Source of the DNA: Eutreptiella sp. 'Long Island Sound 2002' | Lineage: Eukaryota; Protista; Euglenida | Assembly (NCBI GenBank): GCA_964036045.1 | Contig: OZ038378.1 | Location: 176,080,001-176,144,000, forward strand | Direction of reading: 5' to 3' | Length of the DNA: 64,000 bases | Shown here: piece by piece, positions 1-10,445 of the stretch | How positions within the stretch are numbered: the stretch's first letter is position 1 | How the letters are laid out: the number at the start of each line of letters is the position of its first letter | Program-made: the position numbers and the translations under genes | The notes under the pieces: generated by a model | The model's input: only the letters and a program-made list of their open reading frames with translations | Database searches by the model: none | Told to the model about the DNA's origin: nothing

Positions 1-1122
1 ACCAAAAAGAAAAATCCCCCCCCCGCCCCACCTATTTGGTCGCTCCCCGGACTGCTGCACACATGGCACCGATCCAAAAGGTCCCGCTGCACTCCAAACA
101 CAAATTGCGCGAAGCTGTATTGCCCTTGCCCCCCCGTCCCCCCCCGGCCCCATGAGCAGCCCTTCCCGTCTTCAGCAACACGATATTTTGTTTCGCGAAG
201 TACAGCCTGAGGTCTTGACTGGCACGCAGTTGGCCGACGGTTGCAGCGCTCAACAGACGGCGTTCGTTGGTCAACCGCCGGTCAGTGATTGCCAATCGAC
301 GCGGGGTAGCCCCCAACGGACAGCATTCGTTGGTTGGCCAGTGCTTGGCTGAGGTCCAGGCCCAAGGACTGCCCTGCCTCGTTCCTCTGTCTCGCCTCAA
401 GCGCGCTCATGCCCTCCCTGCCCTGCCCTTTCCCAGGCGCCTGCTCGCCCTTCGCATTCCCTTTGGCAGAAACTCATGAAGTCCGATGTCATGGATGCGA
501 TGCTCCTTCATCCCGACGCTTACCTCAAGGCCAAGGCGCGTCTCAATGAGCAATTTGCTGCGGCCATGCGCAAGCCCCCCATTGAGACCTTTTACGCAGC
601 CCATCCCTTCCTGAACACCCTCTCGCAGCCCATCGTCCAGAAGTTCTACGATTGCCTGTGGCCCCGTGTTGTGGAGCCCCAGGCTGCCATTGTCAGTGCT
701 GGCGAAAAGGTGCGTTGGGAAAAATCTTGAGGGACTTTATAGTAGCACTAAAGCAACATTTCTTGACGGGGCAGGATTGGTTTGTGTGAGGGCATTGAGT
801 CATTTTGCGGAGTGGGTGAGCCGGGGAGCCGGGCAATCGGGACTGCCAACAGTCTTTGCTGGTGGATGAAGCAAGGCACCGGGGGGGGGGGAGCGACTCC
901 GCGGGTCCTAGGACGCCAACTACCCCTGCCCCCCCCCCCCCCCCAAGGGGCCTCTGGCCAATAGTTAGTTGCCAAAGATGTCGCCCTTTGGTGTCCATGG
1001 GCGCTCCATGAACACTAAAGGTGCCCTAAGGAAAATTTTGTCCACTTTGCACCCCAACACTATCCTTAAACCCAACCTCGACTCTAACGCCGACCGCAAC
1101 CCTCAGCCTACTCCTAACCAAG

Positions 1123-1268
1123 ATTGAATATTAGGACCCAGCTCGTGGGGGAAGAACATCGTCTAGGAGACTTCAACGACAAATGAGGTGCGCACTGGAA
1201 AGTGGATGAGAGCGGCTCAAAAGTGGCTCAAAATGAGCTGTATTCATTCGTTTGGTCACCACAACTGG
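1123..1268 (+). repeat. Copy of a ~147-bp module that also forms the 2592-2906 palindrome; preceded by degenerate CCCTAA-like hexamers (~1065-1120)
   Basis: attgaatatt..ggatgagagcggctcaaaag..caccacaactgg recurs at 2592-2738 (direct) and 2760-2906 (inverted). Confidence 0.85.
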
Positions 1269-1269
1269 A

Positions 1270-1930
1270 CTAGGATCATGTTTGGAAAACCATGGTTTTG
1301 ACCCGTTTTTTCAGCCATCTGTGGTCCCAAATTGGCCCATTTTCAAGGCCCTTTTGGCCTTGAGACTTCCCAAATTGGCTCATTTTCAAGGCCCTTTCGG
1401 CCTTGAGAGGGGCCAAAATTGCTCAACATGGGCTCAAAATGGGCTCATTCCACTTGTTTGTGCACCCCAAATAGTCCAAAAGTATCTTTGGAAAAACATA
1501 TTTTTGATCCATTTTTGACTGCATTTTGGTCGCAAAACAACCCATTTCCAAGGCATTTTGTGACTCGGAGTGGCCCAATTGGCTTGCAATGGGCTCCAAA
1601 TGGGCTCATGTCACTTGTTTAGGCACTCCAAATGGTCTAGGATCATTTTTGAAAAAACCCATCTTTGACCCATTTTCGACCCATTTTTTGTCCCAAAACA
1701 GCCCATTTTTAAGGCATTTTGGGATTTTAGGAGGGCCAAAACGGGCCACCACGAGCTCAAAACGCGCCAAAAACACTTGTTTTGGCATTCCATGTGGTCT
1801 AGGATCATTTTTGAAAAAAGTCATTTTTTGGCACCCGGTGGACCTTGTCGACCCATTTTGGCACCCACCTCTTTGGGCTACCTCTTGCAGCTTGCCGCAG
1901 CCCACTGGGCCTAGGTACGGGGGTCTAGGC
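1270..1930. repeat. Degenerate internal subrepeats rich in ggatcatttttgaaaaa / ccaaatgggctca
   Basis: The motif recurs at ~1273, ~1483, ~1641 and ~1802. Confidence 0.6.
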
Positions 1931-2029
1931 GTCGGTTAGGGCAATTTTGAGGGGTGGAAACCACCAAAAGTGGGTGGCTGCTGGTGGATTTGGTGCGCTC
2001 GCAATCGCGTTTTGAGCCACGTAGCCCAA

Positions 2030-3470
2030 GATATGGTTTGTTTTTGGTTTGGGGCTGTCGGCGGCCAATGTGCACAAACTGTACGGTCTTCGGGGGCCTT
2101 TTGGGGGCGGTTCGCGGACATATTGTGGAGTTGGGGGGCCCTAGAGGGCCCTTCGGCACGGGGAAGTCTAGCTGCATTTGTAGAGTAGCCACTATTTCCC
2201 TTCATTTGGCTGTTTTCAACAAGTTCTAGGGCGGTTTTGGGCCAAAAAAAGGCTGATTTTGGCCCTAAATTGCAGATTTTGAAATGGAGGTCCGGCAATT
2301 GCGGCACCTGTTCCCGGCCGCCAACGTTGAGTTTATGGCTCATACTTTGTGTGGTTTTCCCTCACACCCATACGTAGCATCCACCAGAATTTTGGCCGAA
2401 TTTGAAGCACCATGACTGAGCTGTGATTTTCCCCCATTTTGTGTGTGCTTGCTTGCTGCTTGCTGCTTGCTTGCTGCTTGCTTGCCAAACCTCTCAGGTC
2501 CAACCTAGACGCTAAGGAGGGTTATAAAACCAAGAATGGTTCCACCAGCTCGGTGACCCTACCCCTGACCCTAGCCCTAACCCTAACCAAAATTGAATAT
2601 TGGGACTGAGCTGGTGGGGGAAGGAACATCGCCTTGGATACTTTAACAACGAATGCGGTACACACTAGACAGTGGATGAGAGCGGCTCAAAAGGTGCTCA
2701 AAATGAGCTGTATTCATCCGTTTGGGCACCACAACTGGTCTTTCAAAAATGATCCTCGTCCAGTTGTGGTGCCCAAACGGATGAATATAGCTCATTTTCA
2801 GCCCCTTTTGAGCCGCTCTCATCCACTTTCCAGTGTGTACCTCATTTGTTGTTAAAGTCTCCAAGACGATGTTCCTTCCCCCTCCAGCTCGGTCCCAATA
2901 TTAAATCGTGGGTTTGGTTTGGGGCTGTCGACGACCAATGTGCACTAATTCCCGGGCTTTTGGGGGCCTTTTGGGGGTGGTTTGTGGACATATTGTGGAG
3001 TTAGAGGGCCCCAGAGGGCCCTTCAGCACGAGGAAGTCTAGCTGCATGTGTAGAGTAGCCACTATTTCCCTTTATTTGGCCGTTTTCAGCAGGTTCTAGG
3101 GCGGTTTTGGGCAAAAAAGGCTGATTTTGACCCCCAAGTTGCATATTTAGAAGGGAGGTCCGGCACTTGCGACGCCCGTTTCCGGCCGCCACCGTTGAGT
3201 TTCCGGCTCATACTTTGTGTGGTTGTCCCTCACACCCATAGGTAGCATCCACCAAAATTTTGGCGGAATGCAAAGCACCACGATAGAGCTGTGATTTTCC
3301 CCCATTTCGCGCGTGCTTGCTGCCTACTGCTTGCTGCTTGCTTGCTGCTTGCTTGCTGCTTGCTTGCCAAACCTGTTAGGTCCACCCTAGACACTAAAGA
3401 GGGTTATAAAACCAAGACTGGTTCCACCAGCTCGGTGAGCCTAGCCCTAGCTCTCACCCTAGGCTAGGGT
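2030..3470 (+). repeat. Two diverged direct copies of a ~560-bp unit (~2030-2590 and ~2907-3470), separated by the palindrome
   Basis: Shared blocks: ttggggctgtcg..gggaagtctagctgcat..ggctcatactttgtgtgg..(gcttgct)n..ggttataaaaccaag..ttccaccagctcggtga, then ccctag/ccctaa hexamers. Confidence 0.85.
2592..2906. repeat. Imperfect palindrome: 147-bp arms (2592-2738, 2760-2906) with a 21-nt spacer
   Basis: The arms read as reverse complements with scattered mismatches. The ORF track gives near-identical peptides on opposite strands (2634..2855+ and 2643..2864-). Confidence 0.92.
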
Positions 3471-4083
3471 CAGAGTGAGTGTTGGGGTCCAAAATGGAGA
3501 GCAATGATGTGGCAAAAGCAGCCATGAAAGAAATTCTCGGGATCTTGTTCAGCCCAATCAACATGGTTGGCATGGACAAACCAGCTAGCTGCAAAGGTTA
3601 GGGGTAGGTTTATGGTGATGGTATGGTTACAGGGAGGGCAAGGGGAGGTAAGAGAGGCCTGTGCCCCCCCCCCCCAACCACCCCAAATTGCCCCACCTGG
3701 ATCCCCCCCCCCCACCCGAAATCGCTCCGCCTGCCCCCCCCCCCCCAACCCACCCTCCCAGAGCCCCCTCCCCCCGCCGCCCCTCCTAGACCCCCCCTGG
3801 TGCCCTGGCACCAGTCTAAAAACCCTCAGGATGGTAGCTAGCGGGACAGTTCCCGTATGCACTGCCAACGCGAGAGAACGAGGGTGAGGGCAACGAACAG
3901 GGAGCCAACCTCGTCCTGCGATACCCATAGCACAATACATCGATTCCCGGAGCGTACCAAATCCTTGGTGGCGCGAATCGCAGCATGGGACGATTCCCAT
4001 GGATGGTAATCGCTAGGGAGAGAGGTAGCTCCGGGGCCCAGAAACTTCCAACAGAGCGCGAGATCCAGCGGACCGACGATCCG

Positions 4084-6897
4084 AGTCAGAGACCCCGGTG
4101 CCTAGGCGTAACGCCGGCACTGTGACACGAGGGTGGACTCGCGGAACCTGGGAGCGTGGCCTGCCGCCAGCAGTGCGAAAAGATGGCGGACGGGACGTGG
4201 CGATCCATCGTTCAGAGTCAGAGACCCTGGTGCCTCGGCATATAGCCGGCATTGCGACACGAGGGTAGACTCGAAGAGAAAGGGAGCGAGGCCAACCGCC
4301 AAAAGTGCGTTGAGCACGCAGACGGGACGAAACCAGAGACAGCGGAGCCCCACGAGCAGCAAGGCATGGGGCAACACAACAACCAAGGACGACAACACAC
4401 AGAGCAGGGAAGCCATCACGAGCGGCAGAGCGGTCGGCAACGCAGCACCCGCAAGCAGCCGCACGAGGGGCGCAGGAGCGCCCATGAGTCCGGGCATAGG
4501 CGTCAGCGGAGCCCCACAATTGGCAGAGCAGGAGGCAGCACGGCCGCCCGGAAAGATAGCGGAGGCAGTGAAGCGCCCACGAGCAGCAGTCGCACAAAGG
4601 GCCGAGGAGCGCCCACGAGCCCAAGCATAGGAGACAGCGGAGCGGCCAAGGGCGATAGAGCGATCGGCAGCGAAGCGCCCACAAGCCGTCGCACAAGGGG
4701 CGGAGGAGCGCCCCGGAGCTCAAGCGCCAGCGACGGTGGAGCCCCACGAGCAGCACAGCAGGAGGCCGCACAGCGGCCAAGAAAGGCCAAGAAAGACATC
4801 GCAAGGAGAAGAGGAGCCATCAAGAGCAGCAACGTGATAGGCAGCAAAGCGCCCACGAGCAGTCACACCAAGGGAAGAGGAGCGCTCACGAGCCCAGGCA
4901 CAAGCGACGGCGCAGCACCATGAGCAGCAGAGCAGAGCAGGAGGCGGCACAACGACCAAGACAGACCGCGCACGGAGCAGGGGGCGACCATGAGCGGCAG
5001 AGCAATAGGTAATGAGGCGTCCACGAGCCGTCGCGCAAGGGGCGGAGGAGCACCCACGAGTCAAGGTGTAAGCGATAGAGGGGCCCCATGGGCGGCGGAG
5101 CATGAGGCAACACGACAACCAAGAAGGACAACGCTCGGAGCAGGGGAGCCAACGAGAGCGCCAGAGCGGTAGGCAGCGAAGCGCCCATGAGCACACGCAC
5201 AAGGGGCGGGGGAGGGGGAACACCCACGGGCCCAGGCAAAAGCGACGGCGGAGCCACGGGAGCAGTAGAGCAAGAAGCAACACACCATGGGGCAGGAGAG
5301 CGGCCGAGAGCGGCGGAGCGATAGTCAGCAAAGCGCCCACGAGACGTCACACTAGAGGCACGAGAGCGCCCACAAGCCCCGGCGCAAGAGACAGAGGAGG
5401 CCCACGAGAAGCGGAGCAGGAGACAGCGCCTCCAAAGACTCACTCAAAAACTCACGAAGCAGAGGAGCGGTCCACGACGGCAGAGCACAGGGTAGATAGG
5501 CGCCCACGAGCAGTCGCACGAGGGTGGCGGGGCGCCCATGAGCCCAGACATCAGCCACAACGGAGCCCTGCAAGCAATGGAGCAAGTGGCAACACAACGA
5601 ACGAGAAAGACGGCGCAAGGGGCAGGAGAGCGACAGGCAGCGGCAACACAACAGGCAGCAAAACGCCCACGGGAGGTCACACAAGGAGCAGAAGAGCACC
5701 CACGAGCCCGGGCATGGGCGAAAGCGGAGCCCAACGAGCAGCAAAGCAGGAGGCAGCACGGCAACCTAGACAAATAGCGAGCATAGCAGATGAGCGAGGA
5801 GGATCAGCGGAGCAAAAGGCAGCAAAACACCCGCGGGACGTCGCACAAGGGGCACACGAGTGCCCAGGAGCAAGCAATAGGGGTGCCCTTGGTTAAACAG
5901 AGCAGGAGGTAGCACAGCAACCTCACGAGATAGCGCACGGAGCACGGGAGCAAACAAAACCGGCACAGCGACAGGCAACAAAGCGCCCACGAGCACACGC
6001 ACGAAGGGCGGAGGGGTGCCCACAAGCCCAAGCGAAAGCCACAACGACAGCGAAGCGCCTACGAGCCGGCGCACAAGAGCACCCACAAGCCCGGGGATAA
6101 GTGATAGCGGAGCCTGAGGCGCGGCAGAGCAGGAGGTACCATAGCGACATCGAGAGACAACACACAGAGTAGAGGAGCGACCGAGAGCGGGGGGGCTACA
6201 GGCAGCAAAGAGCCCACGAGCAGTCGCACAAAGGGCGGAGGAGCGCCCACGGGCCCAGACAGAGGCGATAGCGAAGCCCCACGAGCAGCAGCAGCAAGAG
6301 GCGGCACGGCGACCAGGAAAGAAGGCACACGGAGCAGTAGAGCGACCGGGAGCGGCAGAGCGATAGGCAGCAAAGCGCCCACGAGCAGTCACACAAGGAA
6401 CGGAGGGGCGCCCATGGGCCAAGGTGTACGCGACGTCGGAGCCCCACGGGCAGCAGGGCAGGAGGCAGCACAGGAAACCCGGAAGACGGCACCCGGAGCG
6501 GGGTAGCGCTCAAGAGCGGCGGAGCAATAAGCAGCAAAGTGTCCACGAGCCGTCGCACTACGGGCAAGGGGGCACCCGCAAGCTTAGGCGTAGGCGACAG
6601 CGGAGCCTCGGGAGCAGTAGAGCCGGAGGCGGCACAGTAACAGCGAAAGACGGCGCACAGAGCAAAGGAGCAACCGAGAGCAGAGGGGCACAAGGCAGCG
6701 AAGCGCGCACATGCATTTGCATGAAGGGCAGAGAAGCGCCCACGAGCAACAGAGCAGGAGGCACCGTGGCAACCAAGAACGACGGCGCGCGGAGCCGAGG
6801 AGCGACTACGAGCGGCAGAGCTCCAGGCAGCGCAGCGCCCACGAGCCGGCGCACACGAGGCGGAGGAGCGCCCACAAGCCCGGGGATAAGCGATAGC
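4084..6897. repeat. ~2.8-kb degenerate, strand-asymmetric GC-rich minisatellite (gcgcccacgagc / ggcggaggagcgccc core)
   Basis: The core motif recurs many times and the + strand is very T-poor. Overlapping low-complexity ORFs appear in most frames. Confidence 0.8.
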
Positions 6898-7889
6898 TGA
6901 ACGTTGCTGAACGTTGCTGACAGTGGTATCATTTATTACTATCTACTCCAAAAAATGTTTGTTTGTTTGTTTGATTTGTTTGCCTGCCTGTCTTGTCCAT
7001 CTGTCTGTTTTTCCAGTCCATCCGTCCATCCGTCCATCTGCCTCTTTGTTTGTCTTCCTGTCTCTCTGTCTGCAATGCTCAGCAGCATCGCAAAACGTAC
7101 GCATTGCTGTAGTATTTCAATCCTGCATTTAAATGCCACAACAGTGCAATGCCTCATTGCAACAATGCTCGTCACTTGCGTAGTAATGCACTGCCAAAGC
7201 GCAACTGGGACAGCAATGCGCTGTCACAGTGCAGGGATGCTCAGCTGTAGCACGGCATTTCATACCTGACAGGGGTTTTGCGGACAACATGTCCATGTGC
7301 AAACGGGGTATTGTGAACACCAACGGCATGCACTGCAATAGTGCCATTGTGCAGCCATGCTCATAGCAGTGCTGCACTATACTGCCACAGTGCAGCAATG
7401 CTCGGCAGTGCTGTGATTGAGCATTTGTGCACAGTGAGCATGCACTGCGATTGATGAATGTCGCTGCACAGTGGCAAAACATTGCTGTGTTATGGTTGAG
7501 CATACCGCACAGTGGTGGTGCACTGCTCGCGGATGCTGCCAACTCTAGCGTCGGCAATACCCTTCGACTCGAACCAGGGGCCGTTATTCAGCAGTCCAGC
7601 TGCATGACCACTGCACATGGTGGCTGTCCCAGCAAAGAAAAGGCCTGTGATCCGCTGAGCCATTGGCCGCAGGGTCCAGCCCGTGGTACTCCACCTTTAA
7701 AACACCCCACATGCCTTGCTGGGTACCCAAAACATGTGGTCTTCTTCTGTCATTGCAGTCAAATCATTTCCTGCTCTTTTAAACCACGTTGCACATGGAG
7801 GTATGATTCCCGTTTCTTCAATTGTGAGTCGAATCTGCGGATCAGACGTTGAAGAACATGCAACAGCAAACGAAAGCACGGAGCAACAG

Positions 7890-8160
7890 CACGGCAGAGC
7901 ATACAGCACAGCATAGAGCACAGCATATAGCATAGCACAGCACAGCGCAACACAGCATACAGCACAGCACAGCACAGCATACAGCACAGTGCAGCACAGT
8001 GTAGCACAGCACAGCACAGCACAGCACAGCACTGCACAGTATACCGCACAGTGCAGCACAGCACAGCACAGCACAGCACAGCACAGCACAGCACAGTGCA
8101 GTACAGCGCAGCACAACAGAGTGCAGCACAGCACAGCACAGCACAGCATAGCACAGCACA
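7890..8160. repeat. (CAGCA)n microsatellite, followed by a ~21-bp aaatgttgagcccatg minisatellite to ~8260
   Basis: Read directly from the sequence. Confidence 0.9.
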
Positions 8161-8500
8161 GGCCTTTAAATGGCGAGTCCATGCATTTAAATGTTGAGCC
8201 CATGCTGTGAATTGGTGAGCCCATGCGTGTAAATGTTGAGCCCAGGCTTTTAAATGTTGAGCACAGCACAACACAACACGGTACAGGACACAGCACAGTG
8301 CAGTGCGCACGACAGGGTATGGCACGGGGCGGCATGGCACAACACAGTGCAGCACACGTGCGGTCCAGTGCAGCGGCACGGCACGGCATGGCAGGGCACG
8401 GCACGGCACGGAATGGGCGAACACGGCATAGCACAGCACGACATCGCTCCCCTCCCCCCTCCCCACATTGAGCCCATAGCCCCCCGCTGCCACTGTGCAG

Positions 8501-8755
8501 GTGAAGGGATTGCAGTTCATCACCGAAGGCACGGTCCCCGGACTCAGCGGGGGATGCCTCGGTCTGGACTGTATACACCAGGGCAGACCCGTGTACCCGA
8601 GCACTGTCATGTCCCACTCGGACCGTGTGTTGCTGTGGATTCTGAGCTTTGAGGACATGCATCGGCTCCTGCATAACAGCCGCTTGGTGAAGGGGAAGTC
8701 TGCATTTGTCATGTATCAACAGCTCTTGGCCCTTCATGAGGAGCAGGCCTACTGA
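8501..8755 (+). CDS. Probable terminal exon of a gene with a degenerate cyclic-nucleotide-binding-like domain; upstream exons not identified
   Basis: Acceptor ctgtgcag|GTG at 8500/8501. The peptide VKGLQFITEGTV..CLGLDCIHQGRPVYPSTVMSHSDRVLLWILSFEDMHRLL..* resembles the cNMP pattern FI..G.V / G.....R..TV / l..edf..ll. Confidence 0.5.
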   Translation: MKGLQFITEGTVPGLSGGCLGLDCIHQGRPVYPSTVMSHSDRVLLWILSFEDMHRLLHNSRLVKGKSAFVMYQQLLALHEEQAY

Positions 8756-10210
8756 TGCGCCAAGGCGTACTCGCCCGAAACACGCGCAGCCGCAGCCAGA
8801 AATGTACTAGAACGGCTGATACCTGTCGGAGGAGCCCCCCCCCCCCTCTCCCATGCTTGTGGGTGGTGCCCTATGCCGGGCGGAACCCTCCGGCAAGGCC
8901 TGAATGTTTAGAACCCCCAGCACAGCACGGGCACAGGACACCCTCCCCGGGGGGAGAGCACAGCGCCGCGACCCCCCACAGGACGCTGGACTGGAGAGAC
9001 TGCGGAGATGGATGGATTGCACCATTTCCCATCGGTACATCATCATATTTTCTTGGTGATACTCATTGGTGTCAAGTAAAATTGCTGGACCTGGGGCCAT
9101 CGGAAAGGAGAATCAGCGTTCGTTTGGGGAAGACACAATGCACTCATGCGTGCTGCATACCTGTTATCCGAGGCCATCCTGCATCACACCACCAACTGAT
9201 AGCGGCGAACTTATCCAAATCGCCCCACATGACCGGAAACGACCTTGCGGGTCTGCCTTTGGTCGTGGGTGACAGCAGCATATCCTCTCCTCTTTGCATC
9301 TCCCAGCATCAGACTGTCACTTGAAAAAAAAAACAGGCAATTTTTTTTTGTTCCTTGGTGCTGGAAACCACGGCAGATGCACAATCACCTGATCCTCATG
9401 AGCCAGGGGCGCCACCTTCCTCTGGGGCGCCTGCATCAGCAGCAATTAGGGCATCTGCAGCATAAATGAAGCAATGCTTGCATGGAATACTGCGTTGCGG
9501 AAGAGACAATGCCGAGGGTGCGGAGGACTCGGAGAACTTACGTTGTGGAAGCTCAAACAGCAACTCCGGGTGTTTCATCAAAACCAAAAATTTTAGGCCT
9601 AAGTTGACTTGCGCAGCTGGGGCAGAAAAAATTTTGTTCGGGGATGCCATCGCCCCCAGACAATGCATTGGAAGCCGAGGACGGGGATGAGTGAGGAGGC
9701 GGCCCTGTGGTGGCCTCCAATACCGTAGGGCGAACCAAACCAAATCCCCCCCCCCCTCCCCCTCCAGCCGGCCCCCTGCTCCCCGTGTTCAGGGTCCAGG
9801 GTGGCTAGACCGGATGCCGCTCCACCACACAATAGGTGTAAGATTCTAAGGCTCATTACCATTAATAGCAGTATAACTTTTGGGATATAAAATTGATGTA
9901 AAATTGATGTGGATGATCAAGATGCACATGAAAAGTCAAACTCAGGATTTTTGTAATGGCCACTTGTACTTGCTTGTCAACTGTCCTTGTTCCATGGTGT
10001 CCATATCTTTTCATGGCGCATGAATGGTGTAAACAGAATCAACTCAAGGCAAAGGAGGCAAAAGCAATTCAACAATCATAACCAACTGGATGTGCTGGCG
10101 TCCTTGTTGCAATTCTCATTCATGTGGAACCTTGGTCATGCCTTATCCCAGGGGAAGCCATACACCCGCTGATATTTCGTGTAGCAGCCCCATATGCGTA
10201 TCATGTGCAG

Positions 10211-10445
10211 TGTGACGGGTGCGACGTGTGTGACGTGTCTCACGTGTCTGACGCGTGTGAAGGGTGTGACGGGTGTGCTGAGCAAAAGCCCGATACCGGC
10301 GAGAGGGGGTGAACACAGTGCGGCAAGTTCAACTCTCGTCACACCCGTCGCACGCGTCACCCCCGTCACATCCGTCGCACCCGACACACTCGTCACACGC
10401 GTCACACGCGTCACACCCGTCACACCCGTCACACCCGTCACACAG
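10211..10445. repeat. Foldback of 9-bp units: (gtgtgacgg)n, ~55-nt spacer, then inverted (ccgtcacac)n
   Basis: Read directly from the sequence. Confidence 0.75.

Noticed and set aside
152-730. Stop-interrupted frame ending MKSDVMDAMLLHPDAY..
   Set aside because: Protein-like, but no recognisable motif or splice partner.
4013-6932. Many 100-260-aa ORFs
   Set aside because: Overlapping low-complexity translations of a T-poor repeat on both strands.
7697-8737. Cys-rich 317-346-aa minus-strand ORFs
   Set aside because: Translations of (TGCTG)n.
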